This document shows, piece after piece, positions 39,415 through 49,333 of a stretch of 64,000 nt of DNA (position 1 is the stretch's first letter; every line of letters begins with the position of its first letter). Below the pieces are notes generated by a model. It saw only the letters and a list, made by a program, of their open reading frames with translations. It was not told where the DNA came from and searched no databases. Where the stretch lies: positions 2,112,001 through 2,176,000 of the forward strand of contig CAWIPH010000002.1 in assembly GCA_963837955.1 (NCBI GenBank), given 5' to 3'. This stretch comes from an uncultured Verrucomicrobiae bacterium. Lineage in GTDB: Bacteria; Verrucomicrobiota; Verrucomicrobiia; Chthoniobacterales; JAFAMB01. The position numbers were made by a program, and so were the translations under genes.

Positions 39415-39576
39415 TTAGTTGTTCGAAGATTGCTCCTCAGAAGAGTCTCTTCCGCCTTCCGCGATCATTCGATCGATTTCGTTAGCAATTTCCTCAGCTT
39501 CCCAGAGAGGCTGAATGTCTGTTGTTCCGCAGGCGGTGACGGAGGCTTGCTCATTTTGATCTGTGGACTCGGTCAT
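39415..39576 (-). CDS. Small acidic hypothetical protein (53 aa; below the ORF-track cutoff)
   Basis: MTESTDQ...EAEEIANEIDRMIAEGG...; AGGAAG upstream; 13 bp from the next gene on the same strand. Confidence 0.35.
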   Translation of the reverse strand: MTESTDQNEQASVTACGTTDIQPLWEAEEIANEIDRMIAEGGRDSSEEQSSNN

Positions 39577-39805
39577 TTACAACTTCCTAGGCTCGAGAGG
39601 ATCGTCTTGCCTTTCGCCACGTTTCTTTCAGCCACGCCTAGTTGAGATTCGCCCCAATCGGAGAATCACTATCTGCCAGCAACACTCTCGCCCGGATCGC
39701 TGAGCTTCTCCTATACCGTTCTCGAAGCGTTGCCGTTGCTTGCGAGTATGACGGCAGTCGGCAGAGGTTGTCCAGCGCCGCGCATCTGAGTCAAATAAGG
39801 AAGCT

Positions 39806-40014
39806 CTGGATCAGCCCCAAAAGCAGTAGCCTGATCCTCCTGGCTCAGGACCCATTACGCTGCGATTGTGCAGAGGTGAATGACGAACGCCTATCGGCAA
39901 ATCCTTGGCAGAAATCTCTCACCGCCCTTCACCAATGACTAAATGCCTCCGATCACCGACACGCTCCCTGAGGCTGGAGCATCAGGCTACTGTTGCTTTG
40001 GGGGACTGATCCAG
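39806..40014. repeat. Repeat family A copy (39826-39990) nested inside another inverted repeat
   Basis: Family A termini flanked by CTGGATCAGCCCCAAAAGCA / TGCTTTGGGGGACTGATCCAG. Confidence 0.8.
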
Positions 40015-40046
40015 CGCTCCACAAGAATGGCTTCGTAACAAATTCG

Positions 40047-40700
40047 TCACTTTTTCGCTAGAATCCCGTAGGAAAGATCCGAGAACCGTTTGGTCTCTAC
40101 CTGAAAGCCGAGCTCGGTGAGATCCCTTAACGTAACATCAATCGGCCAGAAAAATTCTTCCTGGAGCGCTTGAGCAGTCTTCGTGTCTCCGCTGAGCAGG
40201 TATTCCTGGATCTTTGCTGCTTTCTCCTCCCTGTTCGGGAGCATCAGGTCACCAAACACGGTGCGCCCACCCGGAACCAAAGCGGCAAAGACTTTCTCAA
40301 ATAGGGTGCGTTTCTCATCATCGGTCAGATGATGAACGGCATAGGTGCTGATAACGGAATCAAAAGCCGCATTCTCGTGTTCAAACACTTCAAGAATGTC
40401 ACCTTTGATGAATCGCCGATTCGGGACATGAGCCGTCTTCAATCGCGCGATAGCCTCCATCTGTTCCGACAGATCGACGCAGACCAATTCGGCACACTGA
40501 GGGATCAGACAGGAGAGATTGCCGGTCCCAGAGCCGAGCTCGAGCACTCTCGAGCTGGGGCTAATGCGTGCTTCCTGTATCACCCACGCAAGAACATCGT
40601 GATAGCCCGCTCGGATCGGGTCTTTCTCGTTCCGAACGTCAGCATCATAGCCTTCGGCCTCATCATCATGATTGAAAACTTCGCCGTGTGCGCTTCGCAT
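40047..40700 (-). CDS. Class I SAM-dependent methyltransferase
   Basis: VLELGSGTG, VDLSEQM, FDSVISTYAVHHL, LVPGG. Confidence 0.9.
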   Translation of the reverse strand: MRSAHGEVFNHDDEAEGYDADVRNEKDPIRAGYHDVLAWVIQEARISPSSRVLELGSGTGNLSCLIPQCAELVCVDLSEQMEAIARLKTAHVPNRRFIKGDILEVFEHENAAFDSVISTYAVHHLTDDEKRTLFEKVFAALVPGGRTVFGDLMLPNREEKAAKIQEYLLSGDTKTAQALQEEFFWPIDVTLRDLTELGFQVETKRFSDLSYGILAKK

Positions 40701-41156
40701 ATTGAATGTCTCCCGCTTTTCGAACTCGCGAAATACAGTGAGCTCTTAGACGCCGTCTCTCAAACGAGAAAGATACTATCTCCGGAGCCTTTGTGATTTG
40801 TGTGTTCCTCTTGCGGCCACGGCTATGCATTCGCTGCTCACTCGGACGCTCCGGGCGTCCCAACTCTCCTGACATAGGGTTGTCAGTGCGTTTGCCTACC
40901 TATTCGCGGTACTCGGACGGCCGCGGTGTTCCACGCGATTGGTTGGTCCGAACCCCCCAGCAAAAGCGGAATTATCATGAGGTATTACATGAACAAGTCC
41001 ATTCTTGGCATTAGTGAGATAGTCGGCACTTGCAATAGAAGTACGATTTGCTTTTATGTTGCGGGCAACTGGGCAAAACCACCAGATCTTGCCAGGGAGG
41101 ATGATCACTGGCGCTTGGTTCGGTGGCCGAAACTTTCATATGGATGGAAAAGGATT

Positions 41157-43124
41157 GTGACCAAAGATCGTAGGATTCGCGTAAGTTTTTTTGTTATTTC
41201 ATTTTGCGTGGGAGCGGTGCTCTGTTCGGCTGACGAAGCGACTCCGACAGCTCAGCTCAATAGCGAGACGCCGGCGACTTTCGCGCCCAAGACGGAGAGC
41301 TTCGATTATGTCCGGCGGACGGCGATGATCCCGATGCGCGACGGCGTCAAGCTCTACACTGTTATCCTGATTCCACGCGGCGCTCAGCATGCTCCGATCC
41401 TGCTTACCCGAACACCGTATGGCGCCGACGAGCGCATCGCCCAAGAGCCAAGCAGGCACCTGTCTGCAGTCCTAGGCAGCAAGGATGTCGCTGATCAGCT
41501 GGTTCTTAAAGAGGGGTACATCCGCGTCCTGCAGGATGTGCGTGGTAAGAACCGTTCAGAAGGCGACTACGTCATGACACGGCCATTGCGGGGTCCGCTC
41601 AATCCGACAAACGTCGATCATGCTACGGATGCATACGACACGATCGACTGGTTAGTGAAGAACGTTCCAGAATCGAACGGGAAGGTTGGTATCCTGGGCA
41701 TTTCCTATGATGGGTTTACTACGCTGATGGCGCTGTTCCACCCTCATCCGGCACTGCGCGCTGCCATGCCGATTAATCCAATGGTCGATGGGTGGATGGG
41801 CGACGACTGGTTCCACAATGGCGCGTTCCGACAGGCTGCGCTGAGTTATGTCTATGACCAGGAGGCGACGCGCGAAAGCAAAGAAAAATGGTGGTCCGAC
41901 CATTTCGACGACTATGAATCTTGGCTGGCGGCCGGTTCGTCCGGCGAGATGGCTCGCCAGCGTGGTGTGGATCAATTGGGATTTTATCAAAAGTTCCTGG
42001 CGCATCCGGCCTATGATGCGTTCTGGCAGGAGCAGGCCCTAGACAAGCTGTTGGCCAAGGAGCCGCTTACAGTGCCGGTGATGCTCGTGCACAGTTTGTG
42101 GGATCAGGAAGATATCTACGGCGCGCTGCACGTCTTCAAAGCGATCAAGCCAAAAGACAAGGATAACAGCAAAGTTTTCCTGGTTATGGGGCCGTGGTTC
42201 CATCACCAGGAGCGACTGGACGGCAGTGCCGTCGGCGAGATCCGTTTCGACGACGACACGGCGGCCTATTTCCGTCAGACATTGCTCCGCCAATTCTTTG
42301 ACCACTTTCTAAAGGACGATGCACCACCTGCCGATCTAGCACCGGTGAATGTCTTCGAGACGGGAACAAATAGGTGGGAGCGGCTACCTACATGGCCCGC
42401 CGGCAACGACGGTCAGCAGATCGATCCAGTCCCGCTTTATCTTCAGCCAAGCGGGAAGCTGGGCTTCGTGGCACCTGGCGCCGCTGAACCCGGCTTCGAC
42501 GAATATGTTTCCGATCCTGCCAAGCCTGTCCCGTTCCTGCCGCGGCCAATCCATCTCGGTAGCGATGAGGGAGAGCACGATTGGCAGACCTGGTTGGTAA
42601 GAGACCAGCGCGAGGCCTCCAGCCGAACGGACGTACTGACCTTCACGTCGGACGTTTTGACCGCACCGCTGAAAATCAGCGGTGCGCCCATCGTAAATCT
42701 GATTGCGTCCACGACCGGCACGGACGGTGACTTCGTCGTCAAGGTGATCGACGTCTATCCGGACGAAGTTGGACGTCAGCCGAAAATGGGCGGCTACCAA
42801 TTGATGATTTCAGCCGATATCTTTCGGGGGCGATATTTGGAAGGCTTCGATAAGCCGAAACCTATCCCGGCGAATGAAAAAAAACGTTACCGCTTCAATC
42901 TGCCGGATGCGAACCATGTGTTCTTGCCTGGCCACCGCTTGATGGTCCAAGTGCAGTCAAGTTGGTTCCCGCTCTACGATCGGAATCCGCAGACCTACGT
43001 CAGCAACATTTTCCTGGCCAAGCCGGCCGATTACCAGAAAGCCAGTATCAAAGTCTTTACGGCTGGTGAGAGCGCCAGCTTTGTCGAACTGCCGGTGGTG
43101 AAGAGCAATCTGACCCGCCGGTAG
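41157..43124 (+). CDS. CocE/NonD-family hydrolase (alpha-amino acid ester hydrolase-like), secreted
   Basis: MIPMRDGVKL, RTPY, QDVRGK..SEG, nucleophile GISYDG, GDDWFHNGAFR; GTG start after AAGGA. Confidence 0.9.
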   Translation: MTKDRRIRVSFFVISFCVGAVLCSADEATPTAQLNSETPATFAPKTESFDYVRRTAMIPMRDGVKLYTVILIPRGAQHAPILLTRTPYGADERIAQEPSRHLSAVLGSKDVADQLVLKEGYIRVLQDVRGKNRSEGDYVMTRPLRGPLNPTNVDHATDAYDTIDWLVKNVPESNGKVGILGISYDGFTTLMALFHPHPALRAAMPINPMVDGWMGDDWFHNGAFRQAALSYVYDQEATRESKEKWWSDHFDDYESWLAAGSSGEMARQRGVDQLGFYQKFLAHPAYDAFWQEQALDKLLAKEPLTVPVMLVHSLWDQEDIYGALHVFKAIKPKDKDNSKVFLVMGPWFHHQERLDGSAVGEIRFDDDTAAYFRQTLLRQFFDHFLKDDAPPADLAPVNVFETGTNRWERLPTWPAGNDGQQIDPVPLYLQPSGKLGFVAPGAAEPGFDEYVSDPAKPVPFLPRPIHLGSDEGEHDWQTWLVRDQREASSRTDVLTFTSDVLTAPLKISGAPIVNLIASTTGTDGDFVVKVIDVYPDEVGRQPKMGGYQLMISADIFRGRYLEGFDKPKPIPANEKKRYRFNLPDANHVFLPGHRLMVQVQSSWFPLYDRNPQTYVSNIFLAKPADYQKASIKVFTAGESASFVELPVVKSNLTRR

Positions 43125-43306
43125 GAGGCTCTCCGGCTCTCTCCAAAGTAAGAGCTCGGGACGACCACAAAACGCAGTCGTCGCCGGTTCAACTCAGAAT
43201 TTGGATTGCATTCGACGTGCTCTAGCCTAACAGGATCTGACCGATTTCTCGATTCGGCGGTCGCGGAGCGATCTGCCTAGCGAGTCCAACACTCTATTTT
43301 TTCAAC

Positions 43307-44209
43307 ATGTTCGTCACAAAACCGCGATTATTCCTCAACTACATTCTCAAAAACAAGTTTGCTGTTCCTTCCTTTAACGTGAGCAATCTGGAAATGGTTC
43401 GAGCCGTAATCGAAGCGGCAGAACTCGAAGATGCCCCGGTGATGGTGCAGACTGATTTCATTAACTTCAATTATGCTGGAATGACCGAACTTTCCGGTAT
43501 GATTCGGAGCCTGGCAGAACGGACACCAGTGCCAGTGTTGATGCATCAGGATCATCCCGGCGAAGACGAGAATATCTACCGCACCCTTCGGCACGGCTAT
43601 TTTTCCGTGATGTATGACGGCGGACATCATCCGTTAGCGGACAACATCCGAGGCACAATTCGGTTTGCCGAAGCTGCCCACGCGTCGGGTGCGATTCTCG
43701 AATCCGAAATTGGTCAATTCGGCGGAGAATACCAGGGGGGTCGTGCCATCCGAGCGGCTGGGGAAGAAACTGCGGAAATGGCGGAAAAGAGTGGAACCGA
43801 CACTTTGGCGGTTTCGGTCGGCTCTGAGCACGGGCAGAAAACCCGGCTTGACCTGGAGCTATTGAGCGAGATCGCCAAATGCACTCACATCCCTTTGGTT
43901 CTACATGGCGGTAGCGGCATCCATCCGGATGATGCGAAAGCGGCGACCCAGCTCAACGTGTACAAAATCAACATAGGAGCAGCCTTGATTAACGGCTTTG
44001 TTGACGCCTTGGCCGAGGGCGCAGCGTTGCCTCCGGCTCACGATCCGAAACATCAGGTCATTCTTCGACATGTGATCGAAAGGTTGCGCGAAATCGCTCG
44101 GACGCGCCTCTCGTTGTTCGGAGCCTCCAACCATGGAAAGAAGTTGCTGCAAGAGCTGATTGTCGCCCAGAGTGATTTGCCCCATCGGATCGAGCTAGCG
44201 AAACTATGA
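43307..44209 (+). CDS. Class II aldolase family protein (paralog of 25475-26380)
   Basis: VTKPRLF N-terminus shared with the paralog; HQDH, SVMYDG, LAVSVGSEHG, LVLHGGSG. Confidence 0.9.
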   Translation: MFVTKPRLFLNYILKNKFAVPSFNVSNLEMVRAVIEAAELEDAPVMVQTDFINFNYAGMTELSGMIRSLAERTPVPVLMHQDHPGEDENIYRTLRHGYFSVMYDGGHHPLADNIRGTIRFAEAAHASGAILESEIGQFGGEYQGGRAIRAAGEETAEMAEKSGTDTLAVSVGSEHGQKTRLDLELLSEIAKCTHIPLVLHGGSGIHPDDAKAATQLNVYKINIGAALINGFVDALAEGAALPPAHDPKHQVILRHVIERLREIARTRLSLFGASNHGKKLLQELIVAQSDLPHRIELAKL

Positions 44210-45132
44210 TCTCCCTAGCTGGTACGCTGGTGGCCGACATCATGGCGCGCCCAATCAGCGAATGGCCAAAAAAGGGCAGTGTCGTTACAATCCAAGAAAT
44301 CGAAATTCAACAGGGAGGCGCGGTCGCGAATACCGGGCAGATCCTGGAACGATTTGGTGTGCCAGTCTCCGCCCACGCCGCGGTGGGCGACGACAATCTT
44401 GGCCGGATGATCAAGAGTTTGGTGGAGGATTGGGCGACCCGACCGGGGATTCAAGTGCTGGCCGAGCGCCGTACGACCACGACGGTGGTCGCGGTGGGAG
44501 AGGACGGTGATCGGAGCTTCATCAATGCGCCCGGAGCGTGTGATCAATTCCAGCTTACCGAAGCGCAAATTGAAGAGGATGTGCGACTCGGCGCGCGTGT
44601 TTTTCACGTGGGTTACGCCCTCATTCTGCCAGCCTTTGACGGTAAGCCGATGAAACGGGCGTTTCGCCGAGCCAGAGAACTGGGCGTCTTGACCTCTCTT
44701 GACGTGACGTACGATGAGTCAACCCGATGGCCATCATTGCTCGAGCTGATGCCGGAGGTAGACGTTTTCTGTCCGAGTCTTTCAGAGGCGGAAGCGATCA
44801 CCGGCAAATCTGGGGCTGCCCAGTCCGCTGAGGCTCTCGAGCAAGCTGGCGTGAAACAGTTTATCGCGGTCACCGATGGAGCTCGCGGTGCCGTCGTCCG
44901 TATTCCGGGTCAGGTCGAGGAAAAGTTCCCGGCGCTTCCAGCGAAGGCGATCGACACTACCGGAGCAGGGGACGCGTTCATCGCGGCCGTGTTGGCAGCA
45001 TGGTACCGCGGACTGGATTGGCGAACGGCTGCTCGAGCCGGAATCGCGGCCGGTTCTTTGGCGGTGACCAGCGGAAAACGATACGAGAATCTGCGGAGCT
45101 GGCCACAGATCGAAGCGCTGATCGGGTCGTAA
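44206..45132 (+). CDS. PfkB-family carbohydrate kinase
   Basis: GGAVAN, VGDDNLG, DTTGAGDAF; ATGA overlap with the aldolase. Confidence 0.92.
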   Translation: MISLAGTLVADIMARPISEWPKKGSVVTIQEIEIQQGGAVANTGQILERFGVPVSAHAAVGDDNLGRMIKSLVEDWATRPGIQVLAERRTTTTVVAVGEDGDRSFINAPGACDQFQLTEAQIEEDVRLGARVFHVGYALILPAFDGKPMKRAFRRARELGVLTSLDVTYDESTRWPSLLELMPEVDVFCPSLSEAEAITGKSGAAQSAEALEQAGVKQFIAVTDGARGAVVRIPGQVEEKFPALPAKAIDTTGAGDAFIAAVLAAWYRGLDWRTAARAGIAAGSLAVTSGKRYENLRSWPQIEALIGS

Positions 45133-45235
45133 GGGGAGTTGTTCTGGACGACGTGCTTGCCGCCGTCGTTTGGCCAATCAAGAGGCGCAGTCGCCATTGT
45201 CATCCCGGGCGGTCAGATGAAACCGCGAACAGACA

Positions 45236-45454
45236 CTACACACCGCCGTCGCGGGCTTTGCGCTTACCGTCGCGCAATCGGACGATCGTGGCCGTATGCG
45301 GCGACTGTAATCCTGCGCCGTCCAGCACAATGCCAGACTCTTTGACGGCCAAGACATAGGCCATAAAAGCAGCCCAAAACGCGGGAGCCTTTTCGGAATG
45401 GGCGCGGACGTCGCAGTCGTCTTCCGACCCGTTGAATTGAAGCATGTATTTCAT
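45236..45454 (-). pseudogene. Truncated YciI (DGPF-domain) family gene
   Basis: MKYML...GAGLQSPHTATIVRLRDGKR..DG ends where DGPFAETKE would be expected. Confidence 0.6.
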
Positions 45455-45586
45455 GATCGTGATGGTGGAGTCCGTAACCGTTTTTGATCGTGTTTGAGCA
45501 GCAACGTTTTCCCGACTCCATCATCACGACGTTTGGCGACGATGCTTTTCGACACGATGTAGAAAATATTTGTGACGGACGACGCA

Positions 45587-46279
45587 GTAGCCTGATCCTT
45601 CCTCCTTTCGTTCCCGCAAAACCCATAAACTACGGCGGACAAGCCTGGCTCAGGAACCCAGGGTTGCGGCGATTGTGAGAGGTGAAAAGTGATTGGTGAT
45701 TAGTGGATGCCTATCGGCAGTAAGCAGGGAGCGGGGAGCCGGACGCCGGGGGTATGCCGTTGCGTTGTCGATCGTCACAACAGAACCGCCCGGCGTGTCG
45801 GATACGCCAATACGCCGAAGGCGTTAGAGGACTCAGCCCGGGGTGAAGGCTTTGCGCAACCCCGGGTAGCCTAAGAAATGCGCGCCCGCTCTGAAAGAGC
45901 GCAAGACCATCCGGCTGAACGGCGCTCAATTACCGGCTCCAATCGAGGGCATGAACACCCCTTCTAGATCTTCTTACCCCGCCTCGGCATCTACGGATTG
46001 TCGCTGCGCTCACCGAGCTCCATAGAAAACTTCTTGCGCTCCTTCAGAGCGGACGCGTTGGTTTGTACTACCCGGGGTTGCGCAAAGCCTTCACCCCGGG
46101 CTGAGTCCTCTAACGCCTTCCGACTTCGCCAACCATTAGCTATGATTCGACGTCACAGAAGGGCTCCGTCGGACAGGTCGGCGTATCTGCCACCTGCTTC
46201 CGCTTCCTAATGACCCATTCACCAATCACTTCTCACCTCTCACAATCGCTGCAGCCCTGAGGCTGGAGCATCAGGCTAC
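45587..46279. mobile_element. Large composite (nested) family A MITE-like element
   Basis: Termini GTAGCCTGATCCT / AGCATCAGGCTAC; sub-terminal IR GCGATTGTGAGAGGTGAAAAGTGATTGGTGA / TCACCAATCACTTCTCACCTCTCACAATCGC; no transposase inside. Confidence 0.75.
45817..46120. repeat. REP-like element with perfect 53-bp inverted arms (family C), nested in family A
   Basis: 45817-45869 is the exact reverse complement of 46068-46120; inner IR CGCTCTGAAAGAGCGCAAGA / TCTTGCGCTCCTTCAGAGCG. Confidence 0.9.
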
Positions 46280-46359
46280 TTTGCGCACGTCAGGCCACAC
46301 GGCGATGGGTTGATTGATCTCGATATTCAAAATTGCATTGCTTAGCCTCGGACGCGTCT

Positions 46360-47916
46360 ATGAAATTGCCCCGCGCCCTCGCGTCGGTTTTCTTTCTGCA
46401 TCACCTTTCGATTGTTTTCTGTATTCCAACAATTCGAGCCGAAGATGGTAATGGTTTACCAATCCGCTTGTATGTACGTGAGGTTTCACTAGCGGTATTG
46501 GGGAAGCAGGCAAAAGTACTGGCGATTGAGCAGGATAGCGGCGTTCAAGGCTTCGGGCCGCAAACGTCATCCGGATTTAATGTTGAGGTAGTTAACCAGT
46601 TAAAGGTGCCAACTTCTATCCATTGGCACGGACTCGTACTGCCCGCTTTGATGGATGGCGTACCGTTTGTGAGCCAGGAACCCATTCCGCCAAATGGAAA
46701 GTTCCATTACCAATTTCCGCTCAATCAAAGTGGTACGTACTGGATGCATTCGCACTTCGGACTGCAAGAACAGTCGTTAGGTACCGCACCGCTCATCCTT
46801 TGGACGAAAGAAGAACAGGCCAAAGCGGATGAACAATACGTGGTTCTGTTAGGCGACTTTTCATTCAAGCCGCCCAGCCAGATTCTACAGGAACTCAAAG
46901 CCGGCATGAAAAAAATGAAAGGAATGAGCAAGACGAAAGGCATGGGCGGCATGAAGGAAGCGCGAAAGAGTCAAACATTAGTTGCCCAGAAATGGGACGA
47001 CGCCGCGCAACGCTTCACAGCTACTTCGCTTGAAGGCGAACTTCCCGATACAGACGTCAAATACGACGCGCTTCTCGCCAATCGCCGGACTCTTGACGAT
47101 CCGCAGGTGTTCCGGGTTAAGCCGGGCCATACGGTACTCTTGCGAATAATTGCTGGTTCATCTGCGACAAATTTTTTCGTCGACACGGGAGCGTTGACTG
47201 CAGAACTCACAGCCGCCGACGGGCAAGACATCCTGCCGTTAGCTGGTAATTTTTTTCAGTTAGGGATCGCTCAACGGATCGATTTGCTGATGAAAATCCC
47301 TGACCAAGGAGGCGTTTTCCCTATCATCGCGCAGGGTGAAGGGACTAGACAGCGGTGCGGTGTTGTCCTCGCAACGGAGGGAGACGCGGTTCCTAAGGTG
47401 CCTGTCGAAGCGAAATTTCCGGCGGCTGGATTGGACAACACTCAAGAGTTGAGATTGACGGCAAAGAATCCTTTGCCGGAAAGGTCGGTAGAACGGTCTC
47501 TGCCGTGCGTCCTCGGGGGCAACATGGCAAATTATAGTTGGACGGTTAATGGCTTCGCCTATCCCAATAATAACAGTCTCAATGTGAAGGAAGGCGAACG
47601 CGTTGAAATCGTCATGCGCAACGACACCGGCATGTCGCATCCAATGCATCTGCATGGCCACGACGTCCAGGTGATCGAGATTGATGGCAGAAAGGTGAAC
47701 GGCGCTGTGCGTGACACGTTAATCGTCCCGCCGCGGTCAACTATCAAAGTAATCCTCGATGCGAACAACCCGGGCGTCTGGGCTTTTCATTGCCACATCC
47801 TCTATCATCTAGCGGCGGGTATGTTTACGGTCCTGAAATACGAGGGAGCCAATACAGAATTCTGGCAACCTAATAAGACGCTTAGCGAACTTACACCAGT
47901 GGGATCGGTGCGCTGA
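46360..47916 (+). CDS. Multicopper oxidase (Met-rich, copper-resistance type)
   Basis: HWHG, WMHSH, HPMHLHGH, HCHILYHLAAGM copper motifs; MKKMKGMSKTKGMGGM segment. Confidence 0.93.
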   Translation: MKLPRALASVFFLHHLSIVFCIPTIRAEDGNGLPIRLYVREVSLAVLGKQAKVLAIEQDSGVQGFGPQTSSGFNVEVVNQLKVPTSIHWHGLVLPALMDGVPFVSQEPIPPNGKFHYQFPLNQSGTYWMHSHFGLQEQSLGTAPLILWTKEEQAKADEQYVVLLGDFSFKPPSQILQELKAGMKKMKGMSKTKGMGGMKEARKSQTLVAQKWDDAAQRFTATSLEGELPDTDVKYDALLANRRTLDDPQVFRVKPGHTVLLRIIAGSSATNFFVDTGALTAELTAADGQDILPLAGNFFQLGIAQRIDLLMKIPDQGGVFPIIAQGEGTRQRCGVVLATEGDAVPKVPVEAKFPAAGLDNTQELRLTAKNPLPERSVERSLPCVLGGNMANYSWTVNGFAYPNNNSLNVKEGERVEIVMRNDTGMSHPMHLHGHDVQVIEIDGRKVNGAVRDTLIVPPRSTIKVILDANNPGVWAFHCHILYHLAAGMFTVLKYEGANTEFWQPNKTLSELTPVGSVR

Positions 47917-48154
47917 TCTTGCTAGCGATCGCCCCGTTCCCCCGGCTGTTTGTGAAAATCTGCAGAATGAATCTTGGCGTTGGCCAAGGCTTCTGACACA
48001 ATGCGACTCTTCTGACCGCGCCGAGCTGGATACTCAGTGCGAGCAGAATGTAACCAGGTCAATATGACACCCCCCAGACTTGGTTCACAAATCATTCAGG
48101 AAGTTGATGTTTCGCCTCGCCAGGAATTTGGCGGAATGAAGCCTCGGACATGAC

Positions 48155-49324
48155 GTGAAAATGAATCTAATCTCAGCTCAGCGGTCCACCTCAACCGCTC
48201 TTGGCTCTGTCTTTGTTTGTGCGCTCCTGGTTGCGGGGTGCAAAAAAGAAAATACCAGCGTTGCGCCCATTGAGACGATCGAGGTGACTGCGGTGAAGGT
48301 TGAGCCGCGTGATGTGCCGATCACTTTCGAATGGGTCGCTCAGACCGAGAGCTCGCGACAGGTCGAAATTCGAGCGCGCGTCGAGGGCATTCTGGAAAAG
48401 CGCGTCTTCAAGGAAGGCGCGGTGGTCCAAGAAGGGCAGGTGATGTTCGAAATGGAGCGCAAGCCATTTGAGGCACGCCTCGACGCGGCAAAAGCGGAGC
48501 TCGGCCAACAGGAAGCACGCTTGGAAGGTGCGCGGCAAACGCTCGATCGCGTCCAGGGCTTGTCGCAAAAAAATGTGGTGAGCCGCCAGGACCTAGATGA
48601 CGCCACCAATTCGGAACGGGCGGCGGCCGCGTCGGTTGAGGCGGCCAAGGCCAAGGTAGCAGAAGCGGAGCTCAATCTCGGCTACACGATAATCCGCTCG
48701 CCGATCACAGGATTGTCGTCGTTCGCAACCAAGCACGACGGCAGCTACATCAGCGGTGCGGCGGATAGCATGCTGACTTACGTTGCGGCGCTCGATCCGA
48801 TGCGGGTCAATTTCAGCATTTCGGAGAATCAGGTGTTGCGTCTCCGGGAAGAGGTCAAAGCCGGGCGGCTTGTCTTTCCACCAGCCGATGCCTTCGATGT
48901 GGAGGTCGTGCTGGCCGATGGCAGAGTCCATCCGCAGAAAGGCGAACTCACCTTTTCAGATTTGGCTTTCAGTCGCGAGACGGGGACTTTTCTCGTAAGA
49001 GCTGAAGTGCCAAACCCAGAGGGCGATCTGCGCCCCGGTCAGTTTGTGCGCGCCCGGCTACTCGGTTCGGTGCGCCCTAAAGCGATCCTCGTACCCAAGC
49101 GCGCAGTGCTTCAGGGTGCACAGGGGAGTTTCGTGTGGGTGGTAGGCCCGGAAGGGAAGGCGGAGCAGCGCCCGCTTGAACTTGGCGACTGGCATGGTGA
49201 CGACTGGTTTGTTAACGAAGGGTTACAACCCGGCGAGATGGTGGTCGTAGACGGAGGCATTAAGGTTCAGCCCGGTGCGAAACTTAAAGTCGTTGAACCT
49301 GCTACTCAAGCCGCAACCAAATAG
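48155..49324 (+). CDS. RND efflux membrane fusion (periplasmic adaptor) lipoprotein
   Basis: Lipobox LVAGC; VEIRARVEG, LNLGYTIIRSPITG, LRPGQFVRAR. Confidence 0.92.
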   Translation: MKMNLISAQRSTSTALGSVFVCALLVAGCKKENTSVAPIETIEVTAVKVEPRDVPITFEWVAQTESSRQVEIRARVEGILEKRVFKEGAVVQEGQVMFEMERKPFEARLDAAKAELGQQEARLEGARQTLDRVQGLSQKNVVSRQDLDDATNSERAAAASVEAAKAKVAEAELNLGYTIIRSPITGLSSFATKHDGSYISGAADSMLTYVAALDPMRVNFSISENQVLRLREEVKAGRLVFPPADAFDVEVVLADGRVHPQKGELTFSDLAFSRETGTFLVRAEVPNPEGDLRPGQFVRARLLGSVRPKAILVPKRAVLQGAQGSFVWVVGPEGKAEQRPLELGDWHGDDWFVNEGLQPGEMVVVDGGIKVQPGAKLKVVEPATQAATK

Positions 49325-49333
49325 AAAACCGCT

